Below, piece after piece: positions 17,541 through 26,961 of a stretch of DNA of 28,119 bases. A model generated the notes under the pieces. It was given only the letters and a program-made list of their open reading frames with translations, had not been told where the DNA came from and searched no databases. How positions within the stretch are numbered: position 1 is the first letter of the stretch; each line of letters begins with the position of its first letter. The stretch is from an uncultured Nitrospiraceae bacterium (GTDB taxonomy: Bacteria; Nitrospirota; Thermodesulfovibrionia; Thermodesulfovibrionales; Dissulfurispiraceae), in contig CAVPIW010000015.1 in assembly GCA_963705105.1 (NCBI GenBank), positions 1-28,119 on the forward strand, in the 5' to 3' direction. Position numbers and translations under genes: made by a program.

Positions 17541-18323
17541 GTGAAGAGCCGCCTCAGCGTGTCCTTCATCATTCCGAACTGGAACAACAGGAGTCTGCTC
17601 GCCGATTGCGTCGCATCGATCATGCGATCGGCCGATCCCTACGAACGTGAAATCGTCATCGTTGACAACGCCTCCGCCGACGACAGCCGCGCATTCATCG
17701 CGGAGCATTACCCGGCCGTGCTCTGGATCCAGAACGCCTTGAACGCCGGGTATGCCCGGGCCGTCAACCAGGGCGTGGAGGCATCCCGCGGAGACATGCT
17801 GTTTCTTCTCAACAACGACGTGGTGCTCATGGAAGACACGGTCGCAGGACTTATTGACTGCCTGCTGAAACACCCCGATGCCGGCGCCGTCGCGCCGGTC
17901 CTCCTTTATCCCGACGGCCGCCTGCAGATATCCTGCAGGCGGTTCCCGACGCCTGCGGCAATCCTGCTGGAGAAGCTCGGGATCACGAAGTTCGGCCCTT
18001 TCAGAAAGCTGAAACTGACTGCCGAAGAACACCTCAGAGGCGGCAAAGTTCTGCAGCCCATGATGTCGGCGCTCATGGTGCGGAGAGAGTGCTGGGATGC
18101 CGTCGGTCCCCTGGATGAGAGGTTCCCCATTTTTTTCAACGACGTCGACTGGTGTTATCGCCTCTTCCGCCGCGGCGGCTCCATCCGCCTCTGTCCGGAA
18201 ATGCGGGCCCTTCATCATGAGGGCGCCTCGGTGAACAGGCTCGGCTTTCGCAAAACGGTGCTGCTCTATCAAGGTCTTTTCAGGTTTTACGCAAAACACA
18301 TGACGTTGCGCATGAACGCCTGA
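17541..18323 (+). CDS. GT2 glycosyltransferase, WbbL-like
   Basis: IIPNWN, VDNAS.D, N.GYA.A.NQG, LLNND, DVDWC; GTG start after GAGGTG. Confidence 0.88.
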   Translation: MKSRLSVSFIIPNWNNRSLLADCVASIMRSADPYEREIVIVDNASADDSRAFIAEHYPAVLWIQNALNAGYARAVNQGVEASRGDMLFLLNNDVVLMEDTVAGLIDCLLKHPDAGAVAPVLLYPDGRLQISCRRFPTPAAILLEKLGITKFGPFRKLKLTAEEHLRGGKVLQPMMSALMVRRECWDAVGPLDERFPIFFNDVDWCYRLFRRGGSIRLCPEMRALHHEGASVNRLGFRKTVLLYQGLFRFYAKHMTLRMNA

Positions 18324-18351
18324 TGCGCATATAATGTCCTGAGTCGAGAAT

Positions 18352-20346
18352 ATGAAGAAGAAGGAAATCTTTTTTTACGTCATACTGCTTGCGCTCTATG
18401 TCCTGAACTCTCTCACGTGGGAATTCCTCGACGAGTGGGACAATATTTTGGGAGGAAAGCTCATCACACAGGGCATCCTCCCGTACACGGGATTCTTCTC
18501 CCACCACCTCCCCCTTCCCTATTTCATCAGCAGCCTCATACACCTCCTGTCGGGGACGAATTTCATTTTCTTCAGGGTGATTTTCGCCCTCCTTCTCTTC
18601 ACGTGGGCGATATCATTGTACCGGTATGTCAGGACTCAGGAAAACGAGGGACTGCTGAAATATTATCTGATCACGCTCGCACTCTTTTCGAGTTTAACGT
18701 GGATGCATATGTTCCTCGCCGAAACATTCGCCGGCTATGCGACGATGACGGTTTTTCTCGTCATCTGCTACAGGTCGGACAGCTTCTCCTGGAAAGACGC
18801 AATTGTCCTCTCGTCCTGTGCATTCCTCGTCGTTGCTTCGTCACTCGGTTTTTCTTTCCTTTCCGCAACGATCTATTTCATCGCTGCCTATTATGCCTTC
18901 CGGAACAGGCGCATGATTTCCGGTCGCCAATGGGGGATCATGCTCGCAGCAGCCATGGCTCCCTATGTTCTCTTCTCGCTCTACGTCGCATTAACGGGGA
19001 GTCTGCAGGAGATCTACTGGCACAACTTCGTGTTCAACAGGCAGTTCTATTTCAAATACTTCATCGGATTCCCCGAAAAAAACATCCTTATTCCCGTCTT
19101 TGTCCTGAGAAACTTTATAGGCTCGTACTGGTATGTCCTGTCCAGCCTTTCACTGAAAAACATCGTCTATCCCGTCCTGCTGCTGTTCAACGCCGCATAT
19201 TTCGCCTTTCTCCTAAAGAATAAGAAATACGATTTGTTCTTCTTCGCCTTCCTTCTGCTCGCTTTCTCATCGACGCGGATGAACATGATGTTTGATTTCT
19301 CCGTTCACTTTCATGGTAACATCCCAATTTACGCGCTCTCTCTTTTCTTCTTCGCGTCGGTCACGCACGGGTTTTTCAGATCGTTCATGCAGGACACGAG
19401 AGAGTTCCGGAGGGACGTCTTCTCTTTTTCCGGAACAGTTGCCGCCGCCCTTTTCTTTGCTTTCGTGCTGACTGAAGCGGCGGGGAGTTATTTTGCCGTG
19501 TTCTCGGGAGGGCGCATCAGGAATGAACGCCATGAGGCGACCGTTTTGAACAGTCTGCTCAGGGACGATGAAACATACTGGATCGGGCCGGCGGAACTCC
19601 GCAAGGTCTACTTTACGAACAGGAGGCTCGCAACGGGTTATTATGCGTACCTGCCGTGGTTTGCCGACAGCGAGCGCATCAGGACGCGCTTTCTCGGGGA
19701 TTTGCGGTCGAAGATGCCCGAGATCGTCGTTTTCAACAAGGAAGAAAAGATATGGGGTTTCTCCCCAAAGGAATATGCAAGGGACCTGATCGCTCATCTC
19801 GACGGTCATTATGCCCGGCTTACGGTGAGAGAGGGAGGGAGTACGTACCCGAATTTTTATCTTCTGAAGGCGAAGATGCCGGAGCTGCTGGACAGAAAGA
19901 GGGACGCGATCATGGCGAGCCACTCATTGCACCTGGCCCCGAAGAGGCATCTCGAAAAAGGCGTCACCGAAGGCTCGGCGATCCAGCAGACCTTCCTGTC
20001 GCCGCACTCCCGTCTGCGCGGCGTCCTTCTCCTTGTCTCGACATATAAAAGCAAAATACGCACACCCTATAAACTGGTGCTGAGGGATGCAGCCTGCGAC
20101 GCCGTCATCAGGGAAACGGTCCTCGACAATGAACGAATCCGGGACAATGAATACGTACCCGTCCTGTTCGATCCCGTCGACGATTCGGCGGGGAAGACCT
20201 TCTGCTTTTCCCTTTTCCCGGCGGCAGGACCCGTGGAAACGCCCATTACCGTCCATTTCAGCGATCCCGATGCATACCCGGAAGGCCTGACGACGGTCAA
20301 TGGAAAGCCCATGAACGAGGACGTCGTTTTTGAACTCATTTACTGA
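18352..20346 (+). CDS. Polytopic membrane protein, probable GT-C-fold glycosyltransferase
   Basis: DE motif after the first TM, PY..F..HH.P, many TM helices, soluble C-terminal domain. Confidence 0.7.
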   Translation: MKKKEIFFYVILLALYVLNSLTWEFLDEWDNILGGKLITQGILPYTGFFSHHLPLPYFISSLIHLLSGTNFIFFRVIFALLLFTWAISLYRYVRTQENEGLLKYYLITLALFSSLTWMHMFLAETFAGYATMTVFLVICYRSDSFSWKDAIVLSSCAFLVVASSLGFSFLSATIYFIAAYYAFRNRRMISGRQWGIMLAAAMAPYVLFSLYVALTGSLQEIYWHNFVFNRQFYFKYFIGFPEKNILIPVFVLRNFIGSYWYVLSSLSLKNIVYPVLLLFNAAYFAFLLKNKKYDLFFFAFLLLAFSSTRMNMMFDFSVHFHGNIPIYALSLFFFASVTHGFFRSFMQDTREFRRDVFSFSGTVAAALFFAFVLTEAAGSYFAVFSGGRIRNERHEATVLNSLLRDDETYWIGPAELRKVYFTNRRLATGYYAYLPWFADSERIRTRFLGDLRSKMPEIVVFNKEEKIWGFSPKEYARDLIAHLDGHYARLTVREGGSTYPNFYLLKAKMPELLDRKRDAIMASHSLHLAPKRHLEKGVTEGSAIQQTFLSPHSRLRGVLLLVSTYKSKIRTPYKLVLRDAACDAVIRETVLDNERIRDNEYVPVLFDPVDDSAGKTFCFSLFPAAGPVETPITVHFSDPDAYPEGLTTVNGKPMNEDVVFELIY

Positions 20347-20359
20347 ACTAACCTTGTCA

Positions 20360-20556
20360 ATGGAGTACGACAGCCGGAAAGGCGGGGCGAAGATGCCGAA
20401 AAGTCTTGGTGCTGCGACACCAATGCCTTCACGTGAGGATCATGTCAGGCCAACGGTTCATGACACGGAGGGAAGGATCCCCAATATCCAATTTCAAATG
20501 ATCATACTCTTTATCAGCAAGGCTTTGAGGCGTTTCACACCGCCTTTTCATGCAAC
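20360..20556 (-). repeat. ~200-bp palindromic element, centre type 2 (copy E, diverged)
   Basis: ccggaaaggcggggcg...gccga...ggtgctgcga...gatcatgtcag...tatcagcaaggctttgaggcg...cgccttttcatgcaac; left boundary approximate. Confidence 0.8.
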
Positions 20557-20597
20557 AGAAAGGGTCACTTGTTAGGATTACTGTTAAGGAGCAGGAG

Positions 20598-21377
20598 ATG
20601 AAGGTCGTTATTCTTGCGGGAGGCTACGGGACGCGCATCAGCGAGGAGTCACACCTGAAGCCGAAGCCCATGATCGAGATCGGGGGGAGGCCCATTCTCT
20701 GGCATATTCTGAAGATCTATAGCCATTTCGGTTTCGGGGACTTCGTCATATGTCTCGGATACAGGGGGTACTCCATAAAAGAGTATTTCGCCCATTACTT
20801 CCTCTATGAATCGGATGTCACCTTCGACTTCAGCAAAGGCAACGAGCAGATCGTGCACGGCCACTCGGCGGAGCCCTGGAGGGTGACGCTCGTGAATACG
20901 GGCATCGACACGATGACGGGAGGCAGGGTGAGGCGCGTTCAGCCTTACATCGACGGTGAAACGTTCATGCTCACATACGGCGACGGCGTGGGAGACATCA
21001 ACATCCACGAACTCATCTCCTTTCACAGGTCCCACGGCAAGCTGGCGACGATCACCTCCGTTCAGCCCGTCGGGCGGTTCGGGGCGCTGAGCCTGTCATC
21101 CGACAATAAGGTGCTCAGTTTCCGGGAGAAGCCGGCGGCGGACGGCGGTTGGGTCAATGCGGGCTATTTCGTCATGGAGCCGCAGGTGATCGACTACATC
21201 GAGGGTGATCAAACGATCCTCGAACGGGCCCCCCTCGAGGCCCTCGCGAAGGAGGGCCAGCTCGTCGCATATAAGCACCGCGGATTCTGGCAGCCCATGG
21301 ACACCCTCCGCGACAAGAACCTCCTCGATGATCTGTGGAAGACCGGCAATGCGCCATGGAAGATGTGGGAGGAATGA
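20598..21377 (+). CDS. rfbF: Glucose-1-phosphate cytidylyltransferase
   Basis: VILAGGYGTRISEES..KPKPM, TMTGGR, LTYGDG, FWQPMDTLRDK. Confidence 0.96.
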   Translation: MKVVILAGGYGTRISEESHLKPKPMIEIGGRPILWHILKIYSHFGFGDFVICLGYRGYSIKEYFAHYFLYESDVTFDFSKGNEQIVHGHSAEPWRVTLVNTGIDTMTGGRVRRVQPYIDGETFMLTYGDGVGDINIHELISFHRSHGKLATITSVQPVGRFGALSLSSDNKVLSFREKPAADGGWVNAGYFVMEPQVIDYIEGDQTILERAPLEALAKEGQLVAYKHRGFWQPMDTLRDKNLLDDLWKTGNAPWKMWEE

Positions 21378-22471
21378 TGAGAGGGGCGATGGCACTTCGC
21401 GACTTCTTCTCCGGCAGGAGGGTCTTTGTGACAGGGCACACGGGATTCAAGGGGTCCTGGCTCTGCCTCTGGCTGCACCTGCTCGGAGCCGAGGTGACCG
21501 GTTATGCCCTTGCGCCTCCGACGAATCCGAGCCTTTTCGAAGATTGCCGAATCGACGGCCTCGTCAGGTCGGTCATCGCCGACATACGTGACGGGGACCG
21601 GTTGACCGGCGCGATGCAGTCGGCGGCGCCGGATGTGGTCATCCATATGGCCGCGCAGGCCCTTGTGCGGGAATCCTATCGGAGTCCGGTCGAGACGTAC
21701 GGGGTGAATGTGATGGGCACGGTGAACGTCCTTGAATCGGTGAGATCGCTCCCCGATGTGAAGGCCGTCCTTGTGGTGACGTCCGATAAATGCTACGAGA
21801 ACAGGGGGTGGGTCTGGGGCTACCGGGAGAATGAGCCCCTGGGCGGATACGACCCCTATTCGAGCAGCAAGGCCTGCGCCGAACTCGTAACGGCGTCATA
21901 CAGGAACGCTTTCTGCAACCCCGAAGACCAGGGGAGTCACGGCGCCGCGCTTGCGTCGGCCCGGGCGGGCAACGCCATCGGCGGCGGCGATTGGGCGAAG
22001 GACAGGCTCATTCCCGATTGCCTGAGGGCGTTTATGGATGGAAAGCCGGTCACCATCAGGAACCCCGGGGCGGTCCGTCCCTGGCAGCATGTGCTTGAGC
22101 CCCTGGGAGGGTATCTCCTGCTCATCCAAAAGCTGTGCAGTGACAGAGCGACCTATGGGGGAGGCTGGAACTTCGGTCCCGACGACAGGGAGGCCCGGAC
22201 TGTCGAATGGATTGTCAGGCGGATCTGTGCGTCCTGGGAAGGTGGAGCACAGTATGACATCGACAGCCGCGCCCACCCTCATGAGGCGCATTATCTGAAG
22301 CTCGACTGCTCCAAGGCCAGGTCGGAGCTTGGCTGGCATCCCCGTTGGAGCACGGAAGAGGCCGTCGACAAAGTCATGGAGTGGGTCGACGCCTACAGAT
22401 CGGGGACAGATCTCCGCGAGGTCTGTTTCAGGCAGATAGAGGAGTACTCGGCACAATATGCAAAGAAATGA
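21374..22471 (+). CDS. rfbG: CDP-glucose 4,6-dehydratase
   Basis: TGHTGFKGSWL, TSDKCY, DPYSSSK, RPWQHVLEPL. Confidence 0.96.
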   Translation: MMRGAMALRDFFSGRRVFVTGHTGFKGSWLCLWLHLLGAEVTGYALAPPTNPSLFEDCRIDGLVRSVIADIRDGDRLTGAMQSAAPDVVIHMAAQALVRESYRSPVETYGVNVMGTVNVLESVRSLPDVKAVLVVTSDKCYENRGWVWGYRENEPLGGYDPYSSSKACAELVTASYRNAFCNPEDQGSHGAALASARAGNAIGGGDWAKDRLIPDCLRAFMDGKPVTIRNPGAVRPWQHVLEPLGGYLLLIQKLCSDRATYGGGWNFGPDDREARTVEWIVRRICASWEGGAQYDIDSRAHPHEAHYLKLDCSKARSELGWHPRWSTEEAVDKVMEWVDAYRSGTDLREVCFRQIEEYSAQYAKK

Positions 22472-22482
22472 ACATGTGGACC

Positions 22483-22677
22483 GTTGCCCGAAAGGCAGGG
22501 CGAAGCGCCTGCAAGCCTCGCTGATAGCGAGTATGATAGTTTATTATTGGTGTATCAGGAATTCATCCTTTGTGTCATCGACCCTCAGCCTGAAATGATC
22601 TGTATGGGAAGGCAAAGGTTTCGCAGCACCGAGGCTTTTCGGCGCTCACACCCCGCCTGTTCGGGCGTCTCTGCAGT
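22483..22677 (+). repeat. ~200-bp palindromic element, centre type 2 (copy F)
   Basis: Homologous to C and E in the opposite orientation; arms shared with A and B. Confidence 0.85.
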
Positions 22678-22695
22678 CATGGCGGCGTTTGAAAA

Positions 22696-23784
22696 ATGAA
22701 CATTGGTATGCATAAGGTGTTGATACAGGACTTCGACCTGATCAGGGGTTTCATCAAGGACAAGGAGAGTCTCAGGGGCTCGCACTGGCTGATAACGGGC
22801 GTGACGGGCATGATCTGTTCCTATTTTACGGCCTTCCTCTGCAGACTCAGCGAGGAGGACCTGGGAAGCTCGATGCGGATAACGGCTATCCACAGGAAAG
22901 ACCTCGACCGTTCCCATCCCAATGTGGGCTTTCTCGTTGACAAGGAGTACATGTCTTTCAGGAAGGCTGACCTGAGCATGCCCTTCCGGCTGGAGCAAGG
23001 GGACAGGTTCGATTTTATCGTCCATGGCGCATCGAACGCGGCGCCCCGGGACTACCTGGCCGATCCCGTCGGGACGATCAACACGAATGTCAGGGCGACG
23101 CAGATGCTCCTTGATCACTGCAGGGACATGCAAGGTTTGAGGAACTTTCTCTTCTTCAGTTCCGGCGAGATATACGGGGAGGTAGCCAGGGACGACGTGC
23201 CCACTCCGGAGACATACACAGGGCTCGTCGACCACCTGAGCCCCCGGGCCTGCTATGTCGAGGCAAAGCGCTTCGCCGAGACCCTGTGCCGGTTTTATCA
23301 CAGCCAGTACGGCATTCCCGTCACCATGATACGGCCGATCCACGCCTTCGGCCCCGGTTTCCGCGAGCATGACAGCAGGGTCTGGGCCGATTTCATCGTC
23401 AGCGCGTCAAGGAGGAGGACCATAGAGATCCTGAGCGACGGGAAGGCGGAGCGGGGTTTCTGCTACCTTGCTGACGCGGTGACGCAGATCATGACCGTTC
23501 TCCTCAGGGGCGCCGCCGGAGAGGTCTACAACATCGGGAGCGACGAACTCACGTCGATCCTGCGGCTCGCCTCGGTCGTTGCAGCCGTCGCCGGCGATGA
23601 CGTGACGATCGACGTGAAGAACCGGCTTCCCTCCTATCTGCAGCAGAGCCCTCACCTCTCCTGTCCGTCCATCGAGAAAGTGAAAGGGCTGGCGCCACTG
23701 CTGAAGACGCCCCTGGAAGAGGGAGTGAAGAGGTCCTACGAGTGGTTCAACGCCCTTTCGGGAGGAGGACCGGAGACGGCATGA
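22696..23784 (+). CDS. NAD-dependent epimerase/dehydratase (UDP-glucuronate decarboxylase-like SDR)
   Basis: ITGVTGMI, SSGEIYG, YVEAK, R.FCY..D motifs. Confidence 0.88.
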   Translation: MNIGMHKVLIQDFDLIRGFIKDKESLRGSHWLITGVTGMICSYFTAFLCRLSEEDLGSSMRITAIHRKDLDRSHPNVGFLVDKEYMSFRKADLSMPFRLEQGDRFDFIVHGASNAAPRDYLADPVGTINTNVRATQMLLDHCRDMQGLRNFLFFSSGEIYGEVARDDVPTPETYTGLVDHLSPRACYVEAKRFAETLCRFYHSQYGIPVTMIRPIHAFGPGFREHDSRVWADFIVSASRRRTIEILSDGKAERGFCYLADAVTQIMTVLLRGAAGEVYNIGSDELTSILRLASVVAAVAGDDVTIDVKNRLPSYLQQSPHLSCPSIEKVKGLAPLLKTPLEEGVKRSYEWFNALSGGGPETA

Positions 23785-24959
23785 AGACCTGCGGATACAC
23801 GCTCATCGGGTCCTGCCGGTCCTGCGGCTCCGGTGACATCGTGCCTTTCTACCGCGTCGGGCCGATTCCCGTGGCCGGCCTCTACTACAACGACGGTGAA
23901 GACCCCCTCGACCTCAGGGCCCCGATCACGGCCGCCAGGTGCGGCGCCTGCGGGCTCGTCGAGCTGATAGAAACGATCGACCCCGCCATTTACAGGGAAT
24001 ACACCTATATCGGCATTTCGTCCTCCACGTATCAGGGGTATCTCAGGGACCTCGCCGCGGACCTCGTCGAAGCATGGGGCCTCAGGGAAAAGAGGATTTT
24101 CGAGATAGGAGCGAACAGCGGCGAGTTCCTGCGGTTTCTCCGGGACATGGGAGGGAACGAAGTCTCCGGCATCGAACCCTCGCGCCAATTGTGCGGGCAT
24201 GCCCGGTCCCGGGGCGTCGCCGTGACGGAGGGATATTTCAACGGAGCCTTTGTCAGGGAGGCGAAGACGGGTGTCTATGACTGCGTTGTCATACGGCACG
24301 TGCTCGAGCATATCCACGAACTGAACGACATCGTCGAAGCCCTCTCGGAGATTACGGCGCCCGGCGGGATCCTCGTCGCCGAGGTGCCCGATTTCCGCAA
24401 GGTGGTGGAGGACCGCATTTTTTCGAATATCTTTCATGAACACCTGAATTATTTCACTCCCTCTTCGCTCGACGTCCTCCTGGCACGTTACGGATTCAGC
24501 GCCGTCCACCGCAGGGACGTGCCTGTGCATGGAGGTTCTCATCTGGTCATCTGCACGAAAAAGGACGGCCCACGTCCGCAGATGCAGCCCGATCAGGAAG
24601 CGATTGGGACTTTTGCCGACGATGCCGGCCGGTATTATGAGACGATCCGTGAACGGATCACCGGTCTGACAGGGAAGGGTAAGATTGTGCACGGGTATGG
24701 CGCTTCGCACCGGACTTTCATCATCATGGGGAATGCCGGTCTTGACGCCGGCCACATACCGGTCATTTACGACAACAACAGTCTTCTGCAGGGCAGTCGT
24801 CTGAACGGTCTGCACTCCCTGATCCTGCCCAAGGAGTCGGTCTCCGCCCGCAGACCGGACTGCATCGTCATCTTCGCATCCTCCTATGAGGAGGAGATCA
24901 GGGCTGTCCTGAGGGACGAACTGAAATATACGGGGCAGATCATAGGTGTCCAAGAATGA
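23781..24959 (+). CDS. NDP-sugar C-methyltransferase-like protein
   Basis: N-terminal CxxC...CxxC, EIGANSG, HVLEH, HEHL.YF, HGGS, GYGA motifs. Confidence 0.85.
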   Translation: MKTCGYTLIGSCRSCGSGDIVPFYRVGPIPVAGLYYNDGEDPLDLRAPITAARCGACGLVELIETIDPAIYREYTYIGISSSTYQGYLRDLAADLVEAWGLREKRIFEIGANSGEFLRFLRDMGGNEVSGIEPSRQLCGHARSRGVAVTEGYFNGAFVREAKTGVYDCVVIRHVLEHIHELNDIVEALSEITAPGGILVAEVPDFRKVVEDRIFSNIFHEHLNYFTPSSLDVLLARYGFSAVHRRDVPVHGGSHLVICTKKDGPRPQMQPDQEAIGTFADDAGRYYETIRERITGLTGKGKIVHGYGASHRTFIIMGNAGLDAGHIPVIYDNNSLLQGSRLNGLHSLILPKESVSARRPDCIVIFASSYEEEIRAVLRDELKYTGQIIGVQE

Positions 24960-24962
24960 GCC

Positions 24963-24987
24963 GACACGAGGATAGGGCATGATTTCT
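24963..24987 (+). repeat. 25-bp direct repeat of 26675-26699
   Basis: gacacgaggatagggcatgatttct at both sites. Confidence 0.9.
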
Positions 24988-25794
24988 GAGACCGCTGCGC
25001 TCCGCATCAGGCGTTCGATCATCGAGATGACCCATACCGCGAACGCTTCCCACGTGGGGGCCTGTCTGTCCATCGCCGACATGCTCGCCGTGCTCTATTT
25101 CGACATCCTCAAAATCGACCCGGCGCGGCCCGACTGGCAGGATAGGGACAGGTTCATACTGAGCAAGGGCCACGGAAGCGCCGCCCTCTATGCGGCCCTT
25201 GCAGAGCGGGGATTTTTCCCGGCTGAACGGCTCGGCAGGTATCATGTCGACGGCGGCCTTCTTCCGGGCCATCTTGACAGGGACACGGTGCCGGGCGTCG
25301 AGGCGTCAACGGGATCGCTCGGCCACGGGTTGTCCATCGGGGTGGGCATGGCCATCGCGAACAGGCGGTCCCGCAACCCCGGCCGTGTTTTCGTGCTCCT
25401 TGGAGACGGCGAGTGCAACGAGGGGTCTGTCTGGGAGGCGGTGATGCTTGCCGCGACGCTCCGGTTGGATAACCTGACGGCCCTTGTCGATTACAACCGT
25501 TTCCAGGCCTTCGGAAGGACGAACGAAGTGATCGATCAGAGCAACATGACGGAACGGTGGAAGGCCTTCGGATGGGAGACGCACGACGTCGACGGCCACC
25601 GCATCGACTGTCTCAGGGAGGTCCTCCTGGCGCCCCAGCAGGGGCCGAAGGCCGTGATCGCCCACACAGTCAAGGGCAAGGGGGTCTCCTTCATGGAAGA
25701 CAGGCTCGAGTGGCATTACAAATCGCCGGACCGCGACCAGCGCGCATGCGCCTTGAGAGAACTGGGGGAGCCGCCGTGCGAAGCACCGTCATAA
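24979..25794 (+). CDS. Transketolase, N-terminal (TPP-binding) subunit
   Basis: RDRFILSKGH, STGSLGHG, GDGE..EG..WEA motifs. Confidence 0.92.
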   Translation: MISETAALRIRRSIIEMTHTANASHVGACLSIADMLAVLYFDILKIDPARPDWQDRDRFILSKGHGSAALYAALAERGFFPAERLGRYHVDGGLLPGHLDRDTVPGVEASTGSLGHGLSIGVGMAIANRRSRNPGRVFVLLGDGECNEGSVWEAVMLAATLRLDNLTALVDYNRFQAFGRTNEVIDQSNMTERWKAFGWETHDVDGHRIDCLREVLLAPQQGPKAVIAHTVKGKGVSFMEDRLEWHYKSPDRDQRACALRELGEPPCEAPS

Positions 25795-26666
25795 ACTGTC
25801 TCACCGAAAGGGCGGCCGTCGACGACAGGATATTTCTCATCACCCCCGACATGGGCTTCTCCGTGCTCGAGCGGTTCAGGGACACCTTCCCCGACCGTTT
25901 CCTCAACGTCGGAGTGGCCGAGCAGAACGCCGTCGGCGTCGCGGCGGGGCTCGCCCTCTCGGGCATGGTCGTCTACGTTTACAGCATCATCCCCTTCATC
26001 ACCATGCGCTGCTTCGAGCAGGTGAGGATCGACATCGCGTACATGCATACGAACGTCCGGCTCATCGGCGTCGGCGCAGGGCTCACTTACGGGGCCCAGG
26101 GGGCGACGCACCACGCTATCGAGGACATCGCGATTATGCGGGCTCTGCCGAACATGACCGTCTGCTGCCCCGGCGATCCCGTCGAGGCCCGGGCCCTCAT
26201 CGAGCAGAGTTTCGATCACAGCGGCCCCATGTATTTCAGGCTCGGCAAGAACGGTGAACCCTCCATCCACCCGCCGGGCGCGAAGATCGAGTTGGGCAAG
26301 GCCTGCACATTGAGCGACGGCGGCGATCTCGCGCTGATCACGACGAGCAACATGCTCGAACAGGCGAAGGCGATGGCGGACGGGGCTGCGGAAAAGGGTC
26401 TTCGCATAACGCTCATCAGCATGCCGACGATCAAGCCCTTTGACAGCGATGCTGTGATCTCCGTTATCGAGCGGGGCATGCCCGTCATTACCCTCGAGGA
26501 GCACTCGATCATCGGGGGCCTCGGGAGCGCCGTGGCGGAGGTGATCGCCGAGAGCGGCAAGGCCGTCCGCTTCAGGAGGATCGGCATCAGGGATGTCTAC
26601 TCGCACACCGTAGGGAGCCAGCAGTTCCTGCGGGAAATGTTCGGCCTGAACCGCCTGGAGCAGTAA
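25776..26666 (+). CDS. Transketolase, C-terminal subunit
   Basis: NVGVAEQN, GATHH, EEH...GGLGSAV; GTG start after GGGGAG. Confidence 0.9.
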   Translation: MRSTVINCLTERAAVDDRIFLITPDMGFSVLERFRDTFPDRFLNVGVAEQNAVGVAAGLALSGMVVYVYSIIPFITMRCFEQVRIDIAYMHTNVRLIGVGAGLTYGAQGATHHAIEDIAIMRALPNMTVCCPGDPVEARALIEQSFDHSGPMYFRLGKNGEPSIHPPGAKIELGKACTLSDGGDLALITTSNMLEQAKAMADGAAEKGLRITLISMPTIKPFDSDAVISVIERGMPVITLEEHSIIGGLGSAVAEVIAESGKAVRFRRIGIRDVYSHTVGSQQFLREMFGLNRLEQ

Positions 26667-26673
26667 GCGAACG

Positions 26674-26863
26674 TGACACGAGGATAGGGCATGATTTCTT
26701 CGCAAAATAAACTACCTTTACTCATGTGCATGTCTTGCGACGAAGATGCGTGTTGCCGCACATCCACTGAGCGGCTCCCGCTCCGGCATCCGCCTTCGAC
26801 TCCCGCCGCCGTGACGTATACCCGTGAATTTTGCTTCAGAAACCAAGCCCTATCCTCGTTTTC
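26674..26863. repeat. ~190-bp palindromic element of a second family
   Basis: IR acgaggatagggc (26678-26690) / gccctatcctcgt (26847-26859), continued inward by tttct/agaaa and gcaaaat/attttgc. Confidence 0.8.
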
Positions 26864-26891
26864 AAGGTCTCGCTGTAAGTCATACCCTATC

Positions 26892-26943
26892 GTTGCATAC
26901 ACCCTCCGGAAAGGCGGGCGCGTCGCCCGCCCTTTCATGCATC
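26892..26943 (-). repeat. Internally deleted mini-copy (G) of the ~200-bp element
   Basis: gttgcatacaccctccggaaaggcgggcgcgtcgcccgccctttcatgcatc equals the two ends of copy C joined. Confidence 0.75.
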
Positions 26944-26961
26944 TGCAAGGCTATATCGGAC

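Noticed and set aside
10051..22677. ~200-bp repeats as a CRISPR or TIGR-like guide array
   Set aside because: Dispersed rather than tandem, centres recur instead of being unique, and no effector gene is nearby; CTGA/ATGA box-like words are too short to count.
23736..26705. Long antisense ORFs (23736-25082, 25716-26705; likewise 10733-11851, 13646-14476)
   Set aside because: Shadow frames opposite well-supported genes in GC-rich DNA.
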